From Chthonomonadales bacterium (lineage in GTDB: Bacteria > Armatimonadota > Chthonomonadetes > Chthonomonadales > CAJBBX01), in assembly GCA_035477595.1 (NCBI GenBank), contig DATIKM010000012.1, positions 9,131-73,130 on the forward strand: a stretch of 64,000 nucleotides of DNA, read 5' to 3'. The translations under genes were made by a program, and so were the position numbers. The notes below the pieces were generated by a model, which had not been told where the DNA came from, did not search any database, and worked only from the letters and a program-made list of their open reading frames with translations. Shown here piece after piece: positions 17,018-26,629 of this stretch. Positions within the stretch are counted from its first letter, which is position 1. The number at the start of each line of letters is the position of its first letter.

Positions 17018-18782
17018 CCCGCGCGACAGGCGGCCTCGCCCTCTCGATGACGAGCAGGCCCCAGAGCCCGAGCTCCGGTACGCGCGCGCGACCACCCTCG
17101 ATGCGCAACGGGACCTCCGCCGAGCCGGGCGCCACCCAGCGCGCCGAGGTCGCTCCGGCAACGCCCAGCGCGCGCATGTCGAGGTTCACCTCGACGCCCT
17201 GCTGAGCCCGGAAATCGTCCGTCCTGGCGTCGTAATCCCAGTTCACCAGGTGCACCACCGCCGCACCCCGCTTGACGCGAGGGAACGCGCGCACCGGGCC
17301 GGGCGCCGTCACACGAACGGCAGGCCTGACGGCCGCCAGCGCCTCCGCGACGGTGGCGACGACGCCGGGCCGCCTTGCGCGTGCGGCGAGACGGGCGCGA
17401 TCCGCGGGCTCGAACGCGTCGCGATCCGGCGCGAGCACGACGCGAGCGGCCCGCAGGCCTGCCACCGGGAGCGCCAGGTCCACGATGTCGTCGCCGCCGA
17501 GCAGCACCGAGTAGGACAGGCCTTGCGACGTCAGCTCGGCCCCGAGCCGCTTCCACCGCTCAGGGTCCCGCCGGAACCCGCGGTACGGAAGGGCCACCGC
17601 AACGTCGGCGTGGGTGGTGAAGTCGTCGAACAGCGCCGCGTTCGCGCGCACGAACTGGTAGAGCGGCGCGAAGCGCTCCGCTGGCCCGTCATACCAGTGG
17701 GTGCCCAGCTCCGGCGTGTGGCACCACTGGCGGTGCGGCGCCATCAGCATCTGCCCCGCCGCGTACGAGAGAGCGATCCAGCCCCGCACCAGCCCGTGGC
17801 ATCCGCGCGCCTTCACGAACGCCCAGTCGCCCCCGCTGGCGGTGGCCGCGTAGGGCTTGCCCACAGCCTCAGCCTTCCGGTACGCGAGGATGGGCTCCTC
17901 GGGCATCCGGAGCCTGGCCGCGTGGTGGTAGGTCTCCGCTGAGAAAAGGTCGATCGCGCGGTGGTTCGAGAGATGGCCGGCCCACAGCAGTCCGGCGTTC
18001 GCTCCCACGGGCACGGGCCGCCCCGCCACCTCCGCCGCGAGGGTCCGCAGCTCGAGCATGAACGCGGCGGCCGCGCGGTACTGATACGCCGTGAACGCCC
18101 CCCACAGCGGATGCCCGGTCGCCCTCCTGTCGGCGCCCTCGCCGATCCAGGCCCGGACTGCCGCCCGGAAGTCGAAAGTCGCCGGGTCGGGCACTCCCAG
18201 CGCTGCCCGCTCGGCCGCGGGCATGGCCGCGAGATGCCCCCGGAACCCTTCGTTGCACCGGTCGCAGAAGCAGATGCCGAGCCAGAGGCCTCCCGCAGTC
18301 CCAAGATGGTCGTCGATGTGCAGGCCGGCGGCGCCAGCCCTCATGGTCTCGATGACGCGCTCGCGGATGAACTGGCGGAACTGCGGCTGGTTGGTGCAGC
18401 ACCACCAGAAGGGGATGCCTCGGTGGGAGTGGTCGGTGAGCCAGGGAACCTTCACCGGCTGCCCGTTCACGTCGCGGCACAGCGCAGCCTGGTACGTTTC
18501 CGGGAAGCGGTCGTGGTAGCGGGCGAACTCCGTCACCATGCCCACGCTGCCGAAGAAGCGGACGCCCGGCGCGTCCGCCAGCGTCTGCGGGGTCGGCGTG
18601 CCTCCCCACCCGAGCACGGTGGCGCCGTACTGGCGGTAGACCTCCGGCGCTGCCTGGTACATGAACACCACGTCGGAGCGCTTCAGCGGGGAGTGCCTTA
18701 CTGGAGCTGCGCCAGCGACGGGCATGCAACCGATCGCGATGCCGAAGGCCATGGTCGCGCTCCTCGCCTGATTCCGGTTCAC
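16941..18782 (-). CDS. Hypothetical protein, possibly a (beta/alpha)8 glycoside-hydrolase-like enzyme (613 aa)
   Basis: The ORF is long with high GC3. The motif AAGLHIDDHLG resembles a catalytic-Asp strand of TIM-barrel glycosidases. A GTGA overlap couples it to the upstream nitroreductase gene. I cannot name a family. Confidence 0.6.
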   Translation of the reverse strand: MNRNQARSATMAFGIAIGCMPVAGAAPVRHSPLKRSDVVFMYQAAPEVYRQYGATVLGWGGTPTPQTLADAPGVRFFGSVGMVTEFARYHDRFPETYQAALCRDVNGQPVKVPWLTDHSHRGIPFWWCCTNQPQFRQFIRERVIETMRAGAAGLHIDDHLGTAGGLWLGICFCDRCNEGFRGHLAAMPAAERAALGVPDPATFDFRAAVRAWIGEGADRRATGHPLWGAFTAYQYRAAAAFMLELRTLAAEVAGRPVPVGANAGLLWAGHLSNHRAIDLFSAETYHHAARLRMPEEPILAYRKAEAVGKPYAATASGGDWAFVKARGCHGLVRGWIALSYAAGQMLMAPHRQWCHTPELGTHWYDGPAERFAPLYQFVRANAALFDDFTTHADVAVALPYRGFRRDPERWKRLGAELTSQGLSYSVLLGGDDIVDLALPVAGLRAARVVLAPDRDAFEPADRARLAARARRPGVVATVAEALAAVRPAVRVTAPGPVRAFPRVKRGAAVVHLVNWDYDARTDDFRAQQGVEVNLDMRALGVAGATSARWVAPGSAEVPLRIEGGRARVPELGLWGLLVIERARPPVARVTVNAVATRRAPPASTSPSGRPPRR

Positions 18783-19609
18783 AGCACGATCCTTTCGATC
18801 CTAGCGCCGTCGTCCCGCTGCACCGTCCGATGGTAGCGCACGGCGGGCGGGCCGAACAGCATGCCGTAGTAGAGGTGCTCCGGCGGGAGCCCGAGCATGG
18901 GCTTCAGGTGCGGAAGCGCCTCGAGCGCCAGCGACAGGAGGCCCCACCAGACCGTGCCCAGGCCGGCGCTCTGCGCCATCAACTCGAAGTAGGCGAGCGC
19001 GAGCGCCACGTCCTCGCGCGGGCAGGGAGCATCCGGCGGGGCCGACACGATCAGCGCGTGAGGCGCCGTGCGGAACAGGATGTCGCGCCTCTCGGTGGCG
19101 TAGAGCATCGCGATCCGGCGCAGGTAGGCGCCCTGCTCGGGCAGGCGACCGGCCTCGTCGGCCGCCTCGATCTCGCCGAGCACGGTGTTCCGGACGCGGT
19201 CCATCGTCTGCACATCGTCGATGACCCGAAACGTCAGCGCGCGCGCGTTGACGCCGGTCGGCGCGTTCGCCAGCGCCGCGAGCATTCGGTCCAGCAGGGC
19301 GCGGTCCACATTGGCGCGCTCGTAGCGGCGGACGCTGCGCCGCCCGCGCACCCAGCGAATCGCCTGGTCCAGCGTGGGGAGGGCGCCATCCTCGAGGGGC
19401 AGGCTGTCCTCCGGGCGCCGGCCCGCGATCGAGAGCGCGCCGGTGGGGCAGATCGCGAGGCAGTGCTGACAGTGCATGCAGTCCGCCTCGTTCTCCGGGC
19501 GGATGAAGGGGACGCCCTCGCCCGCGCGCTCAATGATCCGGACCGGGCAATCCAGCACGCACTCGTCGCAGCGCGTGCACTTCGGGTCGTCGACCAACAG
19601 GCTGACCAT
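18779..19609 (-). CDS. Nitroreductase-family protein with an N-terminal 2x[4Fe-4S] ferredoxin domain
   Basis: There are two CxxCxxCxxxCP motifs (CTRCDECVLDCP and CMHCQHCLAICP). They are followed by RRSVRRYE...APTGVNARALTF, the nitroreductase fold signature. I chose the ATG at 19609. Confidence 0.85.
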   Translation of the reverse strand: MVSLLVDDPKCTRCDECVLDCPVRIIERAGEGVPFIRPENEADCMHCQHCLAICPTGALSIAGRRPEDSLPLEDGALPTLDQAIRWVRGRRSVRRYERANVDRALLDRMLAALANAPTGVNARALTFRVIDDVQTMDRVRNTVLGEIEAADEAGRLPEQGAYLRRIAMLYATERRDILFRTAPHALIVSAPPDAPCPREDVALALAYFELMAQSAGLGTVWWGLLSLALEALPHLKPMLGLPPEHLYYGMLFGPPAVRYHRTVQRDDGARIERIVL

Positions 19610-19782
19610 GTCGGCAGAGGTCCTTTCGCGGCGGGCCGTCGGCCGGCCCTGCCGTAGTCGTTCGACCTCGGATGGCCCGGAACCTGCCTCCGACCGCGGG
19701 GCAGGAAACCCCCGCCCGGTCCCCGAAACGGCGGGCGCCCTCGCCCTGGCGGAGCAGCGAGGCAAACAGGAGGTCCACGCCC

Positions 19783-21801
19783 ATGACGGTCACCGGAGCG
19801 ATCCTGGCATCCCTCGCCATCGCCGCCGTGCTCGCGGCCGGTCTACCCGGACAGGGCGCCACCGTGCGCAAGCCCCTGCCACGGAAGGACTGCTTCTTCG
19901 GCGTCCACTTCGACCTGCACCCGTCGAGTGGAGACACGGTGCTCGGCGCCGACATCACCGAGGAGAACATCGCAGAGCTCCTGCGCCGCGTGAGGCCCGA
20001 CATGGTGCAGTACGACTGCAAGGGCCACGCAGGCTACACGGGGTACCCCACGAAGGTCGGCTGGCCGTCGCCCGGCATCGTCAAGGACTCCCTGGCGATC
20101 TGGCGCAAGGTGACCCGCGAGCACGGTGTGGGGCTCTACATCCACTACTCCGGCGTGTGGGACATGGTCGCCATCGCGCACAACCCGGACTGGGCGCGCA
20201 TCGGCCCCGACGGCCAGCGCGACCCGAACCACACCAGCGTGTTCGGCCCCTACGTCGACCGCCTCATGATCCCCCAGCTCCGCGAGGTCTTCACCGCCTA
20301 CGATCTCGACGGCGCGTGGGTAGACGGCGAGTGCTGGGCCGCGCAGCTCGACTGGTCGCCGGCGGCGCTGGCGGAGTGGACGCGCGAGACCGGCCTGAGC
20401 GAGGCGCCCCGGCGGCGCGGCGACCCCCACTGGCAGGAGTGGAAGGCGTTCCACCGGCGCGCGTTCGAGCGCTACCTCGCGAGATGGGTCGGCGCCCTTC
20501 GCGCCAGCCACCCGCGCGCGCAGATCACCAGCAACTGGGCCTACACCACCTTCATGCCGAAGGCGCCCGAGGTGAAGCTCGACTTCCTGTCCGGCGACTT
20601 CTCGCCCACAGTGTCGGTCGACCGCGCGCGCGTCGAGGCGCGATACCTTGCCAGCACGGGCATGCCGTGGGACCTCCTTGCGTGGGGGTTCAACTGGTCG
20701 GGCGCGCTGGGCCATTCGCTGAAGACGGCGGAGCACCTTCAGCAGGAGGCCGCGGTCGTCATCATGCAGGGCGGCGCGTTCCAGGTCTACTACCAGCCCA
20801 CGCGGGCGGGCCACATCGTGCCGGAGATCATCGGCACGCTGGAGGAGGTTGGCAGGTTCGCGCGAGCGCGCCAAAGGGTGAGCCACCGCAGCGTCTCGGT
20901 GCCGCAGGTGGCGCTCCTGCTCTCGTCGGAGACGCAGTTCGACCGTTCCGACGCCGTCTTCACGCCGTACGGGACCATGGATGAGCTCGAGGGAGCCCTC
21001 CATGCGCTCATCGAGAGCCACTACTCGGTGGACATTCTGGCCGAGCACCAGCTCGAGCCCCGCATGGCGGAGTTCCCCCTCGTGGTGGTGCCGGACTCCT
21101 ACAAGCTCGCCGACAGGTTCCGCGCGGCGCTGCTGCGGTACGTCCGCGACGGAGGCAGCCTGCTGCTGCTCGGAGAGAAGTGCGCGCGTCTGTTCGCGAG
21201 CGACCTCGGCGTCCGTCTCGAGGGCGAGCCACACCAGGTCGGCGCGGAGCTGTCCACCCCTCTCGGTGTCGTGAACCACAACGGAGTCTGGCAGCGCGTG
21301 ACGCTGGCGGGTGCGGAGGCGCTCGCCCACCGGCACCCGACCCGCGACACCCGCACCGGCGGCGAGGTCGCCGCCACTCTGGCGAGCGTGGGCCGAGGAC
21401 GCATCGCCGCCGTGTGGGGCCCGCTCGCGCTCAACCACTTCCGCGGGCATCACCCCGGCACGCGCAAGCTCGTGGCCGCGATCGCCGAGCGGCTCTTCCC
21501 AGACCCCGCGTTTCGGCTCGAGGGCCCCGCCAGCGTCGAGGCATCCCTGCGGCGCACGCCGCAGGGCAAGCTCAGTCTGCACCTGCTGAACTGCACCGGG
21601 ATGCAGGTGGCGGACCGCTACCTCTACACGAACGACATTCCGCCCGTTGGCCCCCTCACCGTGAAGCTGCGCGTCGCCGAACGGCCGAAGGCGGTGCGCT
21701 GGGTGCCCGACGGCGGACGGCTGCGCTGGCGCTGGGCGTCGGGCGAGCTCACGGTGACCGTGCCCCGGCTGGCGATCCACGGCGTGCTCGTCGTGGAGTG
21801 A
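19783..21801 (+). CDS. Secreted putative glycoside hydrolase (TIM barrel, alpha-L-fucosidase/GHL-like) with a central GATase1-like (beta-galactosidase trimerisation-like) domain
   Basis: There is a signal peptide (MTVTGAILASLAIAAVLAAG). Barrel-like segments are FFGVHFDLH...MVQYDCKGHAGY...LYIHYSGVWD...DGAWVDGECW. The stretch PLVVVPDSYKLADRFRAALLRYVRDGGSLLLLGE resembles the GATase1-like fold. The family assignment is uncertain. Confidence 0.55.
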   Translation: MTVTGAILASLAIAAVLAAGLPGQGATVRKPLPRKDCFFGVHFDLHPSSGDTVLGADITEENIAELLRRVRPDMVQYDCKGHAGYTGYPTKVGWPSPGIVKDSLAIWRKVTREHGVGLYIHYSGVWDMVAIAHNPDWARIGPDGQRDPNHTSVFGPYVDRLMIPQLREVFTAYDLDGAWVDGECWAAQLDWSPAALAEWTRETGLSEAPRRRGDPHWQEWKAFHRRAFERYLARWVGALRASHPRAQITSNWAYTTFMPKAPEVKLDFLSGDFSPTVSVDRARVEARYLASTGMPWDLLAWGFNWSGALGHSLKTAEHLQQEAAVVIMQGGAFQVYYQPTRAGHIVPEIIGTLEEVGRFARARQRVSHRSVSVPQVALLLSSETQFDRSDAVFTPYGTMDELEGALHALIESHYSVDILAEHQLEPRMAEFPLVVVPDSYKLADRFRAALLRYVRDGGSLLLLGEKCARLFASDLGVRLEGEPHQVGAELSTPLGVVNHNGVWQRVTLAGAEALAHRHPTRDTRTGGEVAATLASVGRGRIAAVWGPLALNHFRGHHPGTRKLVAAIAERLFPDPAFRLEGPASVEASLRRTPQGKLSLHLLNCTGMQVADRYLYTNDIPPVGPLTVKLRVAERPKAVRWVPDGGRLRWRWASGELTVTVPRLAIHGVLVVE

Positions 21802-21805
21802 CGGT

Positions 21806-22723
21806 GTGGACCCCCGCGACGGCCCCCGGCCGACCACCGTCATAGAGTCCTCGCGCCTCAACGCTCGGCTCGGTGAGAGGGTGGTGCTGGTGAGCGAGAC
21901 GTTCCAGTGGACCGGGAGCTTCAAGTACCGGGCTGCCTACCACCTGGCGTCGCGAGTGCCCAACCCGCGCATCCTCACGGCGTCGAGCGGCAACTTCGGC
22001 CAGGCGCTCGCGATGGCGTGCCGGTTGCGGGATAAGGGGTGCACCGTCGTGATGCCCGACCTCTCGTCGCGGGTGAAGATCGACGCCGTCCGCGAGCAGG
22101 GCGCCACCGTCGACCTCATCGACACGCGCGCGGTGTCTCGTGCCGAGCGGGTCGGCCATCTCTCCGCGGCTGACCCGGAGGCCTACGTCGCGAGCCCCTA
22201 CGACGACCCCCTGGTGATCGAGGGCAACGCCACCCTCGGCGCCGAGATCGCCGCGCTGCCGTGGAACTTCGACGAAGTGCTCGTCCCCGTTGGCGGGGGT
22301 GGTCTGGCCGCGGGCATCGTGACCGGGCTGGAGGCGGCGGGGCGCGCCGTGCCCGTGGTCGGCGTGGAGCCCGCTCTGGCCAACGACGCCGCGAGGTCGC
22401 TTCGCGCCGGGCGCATCGTCGCGAACGAGACGGAGCCAGCGACCGTGGCCGACGGTGCGCGCACTCTCAGCCTGGGGCGGCACAACTGGGACATCCTGAG
22501 CACGCGGCTCGACGGCATCGTCGAGGTGTCGGAACAAGCCATCGAGCACGCGGTCGCGCTCCTGTTTCAACTGGCGAACCTCAAGGCCGAGCCCACGGGC
22601 GCGCTGGCCCTCGCCGCCATCGTTGCCGACCCCGGGGCGTTCCGGCGCCAGTGCGTCTGCTGCGTCGTGAGTGGCGGCAACGTCGATGCGGCGCTCTACG
22701 CTCGGCTGGTGACCGCCGCATGA
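21806..22723 (+). CDS. PLP-dependent serine/threonine dehydratase family enzyme (fold type II)
   Basis: The PLP lysine motif is TGSFKYRAA, followed by SSGNFGQALA and the glycine loop VPVGGGGLAAG. Confidence 0.85.
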   Translation: MDPRDGPRPTTVIESSRLNARLGERVVLVSETFQWTGSFKYRAAYHLASRVPNPRILTASSGNFGQALAMACRLRDKGCTVVMPDLSSRVKIDAVREQGATVDLIDTRAVSRAERVGHLSAADPEAYVASPYDDPLVIEGNATLGAEIAALPWNFDEVLVPVGGGGLAAGIVTGLEAAGRAVPVVGVEPALANDAARSLRAGRIVANETEPATVADGARTLSLGRHNWDILSTRLDGIVEVSEQAIEHAVALLFQLANLKAEPTGALALAAIVADPGAFRRQCVCCVVSGGNVDAALYARLVTAA

Positions 22724-22817
22724 TCGGCCGAACCTACACCCACCCGGCCGGATTCTGCCCGCGCGGCAATGCGGGCCCGCCGTCCGGCGCCGCCTGCAGG
22801 CCCCTGGAGACCGCGGC

Positions 22818-23741
22818 GTGACCGAGGCCGCTGCCCCGTCATGCGTGAGCGTGGTTATAGTCAGCTACAACACGCGGGAGCAGCTCCGGCGCTGCCTGGC
22901 GAGCATCGAGCCGGAGCACGAGGTGGTGGTGGTGGACAACGCCTCGAGCGACGGCTCCGCCGAGATGGTCGAGCGCGACTTCCCTTGCTCCAGACTGCTG
23001 AGGAACGCATCGAACCGCGGGTTCGGTGCGGCGAACAACCAGGGCCTTGCGGTCTGTACCCGACCACTCGCGCTGCTGCTCAACAGCGATGCATGGGCCA
23101 CGCCGGGCGCCATCGGGCGGCTGGCGGGCGTGTTCGGCGCCTGGCCCCACGCGCCGGTGGCCGCGGCCGGAGGCCGGCTCCTGCACCCCGACGGCCGCCT
23201 GCAGCTTTCGTCGGCGAACGCGCTCACGCTCTGGGCCGTGGTGTGCGAGCAGCTCCTGGTGGAGCGCGCCTTCCCGCGCTCGCGCTGGCTCGCCCCCTAC
23301 TGGAACTCTCACCGCATAGAGGGCGTCGCCGCCGTTGAACAGGTGATGGGGGCGTGCCTGATGCTCCGGCCAGACGCACGGTTCGATGAGCGCTTCTTCC
23401 TCTACTGCGAGGACACCGAGCTCTGCCACCGCCTGCGCGCGGAAGGCGACATCCTCTACGTGCCGGATGCCGTCTTCTACCACGAGCTGGGAGCCAGCAG
23501 CGCGGCTGACCGCTGGAGGTCGGTGGCGCACTACAACCGCAGCAAGGAGCTCTACTTCCGCATCCATCGCGGGCCGGCCGCGGAGGTCGCATGCCGGGCG
23601 CTCGACCGGCTCGGCGCACTTGCGCGTCTCGTGGGGTGGGCTGCGCTCGCCTGGCGCGGCGCCGGCGCCCGCGCGCAGGTCGCGCTCTTCTGGCGCGTGC
23701 TGACCGCTCCGGCAGCCGGGCCCCCTCCGCCCTCCAGCTAG
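22818..23741 (+). CDS. Family 2 glycosyltransferase
   Basis: The translation is VSVVIVSYNTREQLRRCLASI...VVVDNASSDGS...NRGFGAANNQG...YCEDTELCHR (GT2 with a DxD-like motif). Confidence 0.85.
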   Translation: MTEAAAPSCVSVVIVSYNTREQLRRCLASIEPEHEVVVVDNASSDGSAEMVERDFPCSRLLRNASNRGFGAANNQGLAVCTRPLALLLNSDAWATPGAIGRLAGVFGAWPHAPVAAAGGRLLHPDGRLQLSSANALTLWAVVCEQLLVERAFPRSRWLAPYWNSHRIEGVAAVEQVMGACLMLRPDARFDERFFLYCEDTELCHRLRAEGDILYVPDAVFYHELGASSAADRWRSVAHYNRSKELYFRIHRGPAAEVACRALDRLGALARLVGWAALAWRGAGARAQVALFWRVLTAPAAGPPPPSS

Positions 23742-23863
23742 CCGCCGGGCCAGGTGTCGGTCGCCGAGCGACCGCATCCTCCGCGCCGCGCGCCGCGTGA
23801 CCTCTGCTCGCCTCCAGCGCCCCGTCAACCGGTGCCGGTCAGACGATGGCTGGGCGCCTTAGC

Positions 23864-24154
23864 CTACGGTCCCTCTGGCTCCATCGGGTGCACTCCCTGA
23901 TGCTCCAGGTTGCCTCGACGGAGTATCGCCTCCGCCTTCACCTCGTCGGCGCGGTCGATGCGGACGCAGATGCCGCAGTCCGAGCTGAGGTGCCTCGGCA
24001 CAGGGACGCACTTCAGGGGCAGGCCTTCCGCCATCAGCAGCCTTTCGGCGCGGAGCGCCCCGCTGATCGAGTGGAACAGCACCACGCTGAAAGGCCCGCC
24101 CTGCCCGGTCCTGCCATGCTCACGCTGCAATCTGGCCCTATCCCGATCGAGCAA
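23864..24154 (-). CDS. DUF3343-like small protein (putative Se/S carrier-like)
   Basis: The translation is FSVVLFHSISGALRAERLLMAEGLPLKCVPVPRHLSSDCGICVRID. The size and the Cys-containing C-terminal half fit DUF3343. It overlaps the 3' end of the upstream aminotransferase gene by 17 nt. Confidence 0.65.
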   Translation of the reverse strand: MLDRDRARLQREHGRTGQGGPFSVVLFHSISGALRAERLLMAEGLPLKCVPVPRHLSSDCGICVRIDRADEVKAEAILRRGNLEHQGVHPMEPEGP

Positions 24155-25286
24155 TCTGCCACACGGCTCTCACCACGACATCCACCTCCTCCCCGGTGGT
24201 GAAGTAACCCGGGCTCACGCGCACCGTCCCCACGGGGAATGTGCCAACGGTCCTGTGCGCAATGGGCGCACACTGCAGTCCCGGCCGGCACTGGATGTCG
24301 TACTGCTCGTCAAGCCGGAGAGCCACCTCGGACGGGGCGATGCCGGCAATGTTGAACGACAGCACCGCCACCTGGTCCCGCGCATTGGACCTGCCGTAGA
24401 GGGTGACACCGGGGATCGCCCTGAGCCCCTCGATGAGGCGGACCATCAGTTCCTCTTCGTGGGCCCGTATGGCCTCGACGCCACGGGACAGCACGAACTG
24501 CACCCCTGCCCCCAGGCCTGCCAGACCCACTGCGTTGGGCGTGCCGCTCTCGTACCTGTCCGGCAGCCAATCAGGCTGGTGCTCGGAGTCGGACCGACTA
24601 CCGGTGCCGCCACGGATCAGGGGTTCGACCACCTTTTCCACGCCCGGGCCAACAGCGAGCCCCCCGGTTCCCTGAGGTCCGAAGAGCGACTTGTGTCCCG
24701 TGAACGCCAGGAGATCGACACACGCGGACGGCACGCAGAGCGGATACGCGCCGGCTGTCTGGGCCGCATCGACACAGAACAGCACCCCGTGCCGGCGGGC
24801 GATGGCGCCGACTTCGCTCACTGGAAAGAGCGTGCCGACCACGTTGGAGGCATGGGTCATGACGATGAGCCGCGTGTTCCGCCTGATGGCCTCTTCGAAG
24901 TCGCGAGGATCGACGCACCCGTCCACCGAGCAGCGCACCACGGTGAGCTCCACGCCCTGCTCCTCCAGGCCGCGGAGCGGGCGCATCACCGAGTTGTGCT
25001 CCATGCTGCTGGTGATGACGTGGTCGCCAGGCCGCAGGAGACCCCTCACGACCAGGTTCAGGGCCTCGGTGGCGTTGCTCGCAAACACGATGCGCAGCGG
25101 ATCATCGACGCCGAAGAGCCGGGCGAGAGACTCCCTGGTCTCAAAGATAACGCGCGCAGCCTGGATGGACAGCCGGTGACCGGAACGGCCCGGATTCGCG
25201 CCGACATGGCGCATGAAGCCATCCATCGCGCGATAGACCGGCTCTGGTTTGGGCCAGGAGGTAGCGGCGTTGTCGAGGTAGATCAA
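24138..25286 (-). CDS. Class V aminotransferase, group II cysteine desulfurase / selenocysteine lyase-like
   Basis: Motifs are IYLDNAATSWPKP, the PLP lysine in FTGHKSLFGPQGTGG, and the active-site Cys loop RPGLQCAPIAH. I chose the TTG at 25286 (giving MIYLDNAAT), preceded by AGGGGG. The ORF is open to 25616, but that extension would overlap yedE. Confidence 0.85.
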   Translation of the reverse strand: MIYLDNAATSWPKPEPVYRAMDGFMRHVGANPGRSGHRLSIQAARVIFETRESLARLFGVDDPLRIVFASNATEALNLVVRGLLRPGDHVITSSMEHNSVMRPLRGLEEQGVELTVVRCSVDGCVDPRDFEEAIRRNTRLIVMTHASNVVGTLFPVSEVGAIARRHGVLFCVDAAQTAGAYPLCVPSACVDLLAFTGHKSLFGPQGTGGLAVGPGVEKVVEPLIRGGTGSRSDSEHQPDWLPDRYESGTPNAVGLAGLGAGVQFVLSRGVEAIRAHEEELMVRLIEGLRAIPGVTLYGRSNARDQVAVLSFNIAGIAPSEVALRLDEQYDIQCRPGLQCAPIAHRTVGTFPVGTVRVSPGYFTTGEEVDVVVRAVWQIARSG

Positions 25287-25380
25287 TCGAGGCCCCCTGC
25301 TACCTCGTGCGGGGAGCTGAGATCGAAGCCGTGGCAGAGGACCGGCTGGAGCCGCTGCCGGCGTCGCGGTGCCTCCAGCT

Positions 25381-26454
25381 TCATTCCCGGTCGCGCATCG
25401 TCCAGCCGAAACACAAGGCGACAACCAGCCCCAGGACCACCGCCAGTTGCCCGGAGGTAGTCGCTCCATCCGGCGATGAGGCCAGCAGGAAGTTGTGGGC
25501 GAACGCAGCCCCGATGAGCATCCCCAGAACGGTGATCCCGGCGTCGGTGTCCCCCTCTCCGGCCACAACGGTCTGGCGCAGCGGACAGCCGCCAAGAAGC
25601 GCCGAGCACAGCCCAACCAGGGCCATGCCGAGGAAGTTCCACACGTGGTCGGAGTGCGCGACCGGCTGCCCGGCGAACCCCCAGGTCACGTGCCCCAACA
25701 TCAGGTTGACCACGAACGCTCCGGCGAAGATGCCGGCGATGCCGCCGAACAGGTGGGCGTCTCTCAGGAGAAAGAGGTCGCGCCAGCCGCCGACCATGCA
25801 CAGGCGCGTTCGCTGTACCAGAATGCCCACAACAAGCCCGGCGACCAGCGCCACGCCGAGCGGGACGCGCATCGACCCGGGCCCCTGCTCACTGGCGAAG
25901 ATGAACCCCGGGGTGAGGACCGCAAGCAGCAGCAGCCCGAGCATTGCCGCCGGGAGCGCCCATCCGTTCGCCGTCTTCATCGCCGTGGACTGGCCGAGGC
26001 CGAAGCCTCGCCTGTGGAAAGTGGTGCCCACGACCGCCCCGAGAACGAGGCCGGCGATGGCGGTGATCGCGTTGAGGTCGCCCCCGGCAAGGCGGAGGAT
26101 GGCGCGGACGGGGCACCCGAGAAAGACCAGCGCACCGATCATCATGAAGGCGCCGAGGATGAACCGCACTATCGGCGAGGAGCCGCCGCGCGCCCGGAAC
26201 TCACCGAATGCGTACGCGGAGATGAGCGCCCCGATGACAAGGCCGATGACCTCCGGACGGAGGTACTGAACCGCACTGGCACGGTGCAGGCCGAGCGCCC
26301 CGGCGATATCGCGGAGGAAACAGGCAGCGCAGATGCCCATGTTCCTCGGGTTGCCCCACTCGACCAGCAGCGCTCCCAGCACCCCCACGATGACGCCGGC
26401 CAGCACGATCATCGGCCGTGACGCCAGGACCTTGGCGACTCTGGTGCGGTTCAT
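25381..26454 (-). CDS. yedE: YedE/YeeE-family membrane protein (sulfur/selenium compound transport)
   Basis: The motif GNPRNMGICAACFLRDIAG is the conserved Cys-containing re-entrant motif, and it recurs in the second half (LVQRTRLCMVGGWRD). The product has about 9-10 TM segments. Confidence 0.85.
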   Translation of the reverse strand: MNRTRVAKVLASRPMIVLAGVIVGVLGALLVEWGNPRNMGICAACFLRDIAGALGLHRASAVQYLRPEVIGLVIGALISAYAFGEFRARGGSSPIVRFILGAFMMIGALVFLGCPVRAILRLAGGDLNAITAIAGLVLGAVVGTTFHRRGFGLGQSTAMKTANGWALPAAMLGLLLLAVLTPGFIFASEQGPGSMRVPLGVALVAGLVVGILVQRTRLCMVGGWRDLFLLRDAHLFGGIAGIFAGAFVVNLMLGHVTWGFAGQPVAHSDHVWNFLGMALVGLCSALLGGCPLRQTVVAGEGDTDAGITVLGMLIGAAFAHNFLLASSPDGATTSGQLAVVLGLVVALCFGWTMRDRE

Positions 26455-26629
26455 CGCGCGACCTCCTGCTCCCCTCTGGCCGCGCGGGTGCCCGGCAGCC
26501 TGCCATGCGTCGGCATCGCTATTGTGGATGGCGGCATCTGGCGGGGCGATCTCCCGTCCCCAGGCAGCCCGAGCTCAAGCCCGTCCCGGCCATCCCCGTG
26601 CCAGCCTCGCAGAGCGTCGTGCACCCGCT

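Noticed and set aside
24138-25616. 492-aa version of the class V aminotransferase
   Set aside because: The additional 110 N-terminal codons overlap the yedE 3' end and have no aminotransferase similarity. The homology begins exactly at the TTG-initiated MIYLDNAAT.
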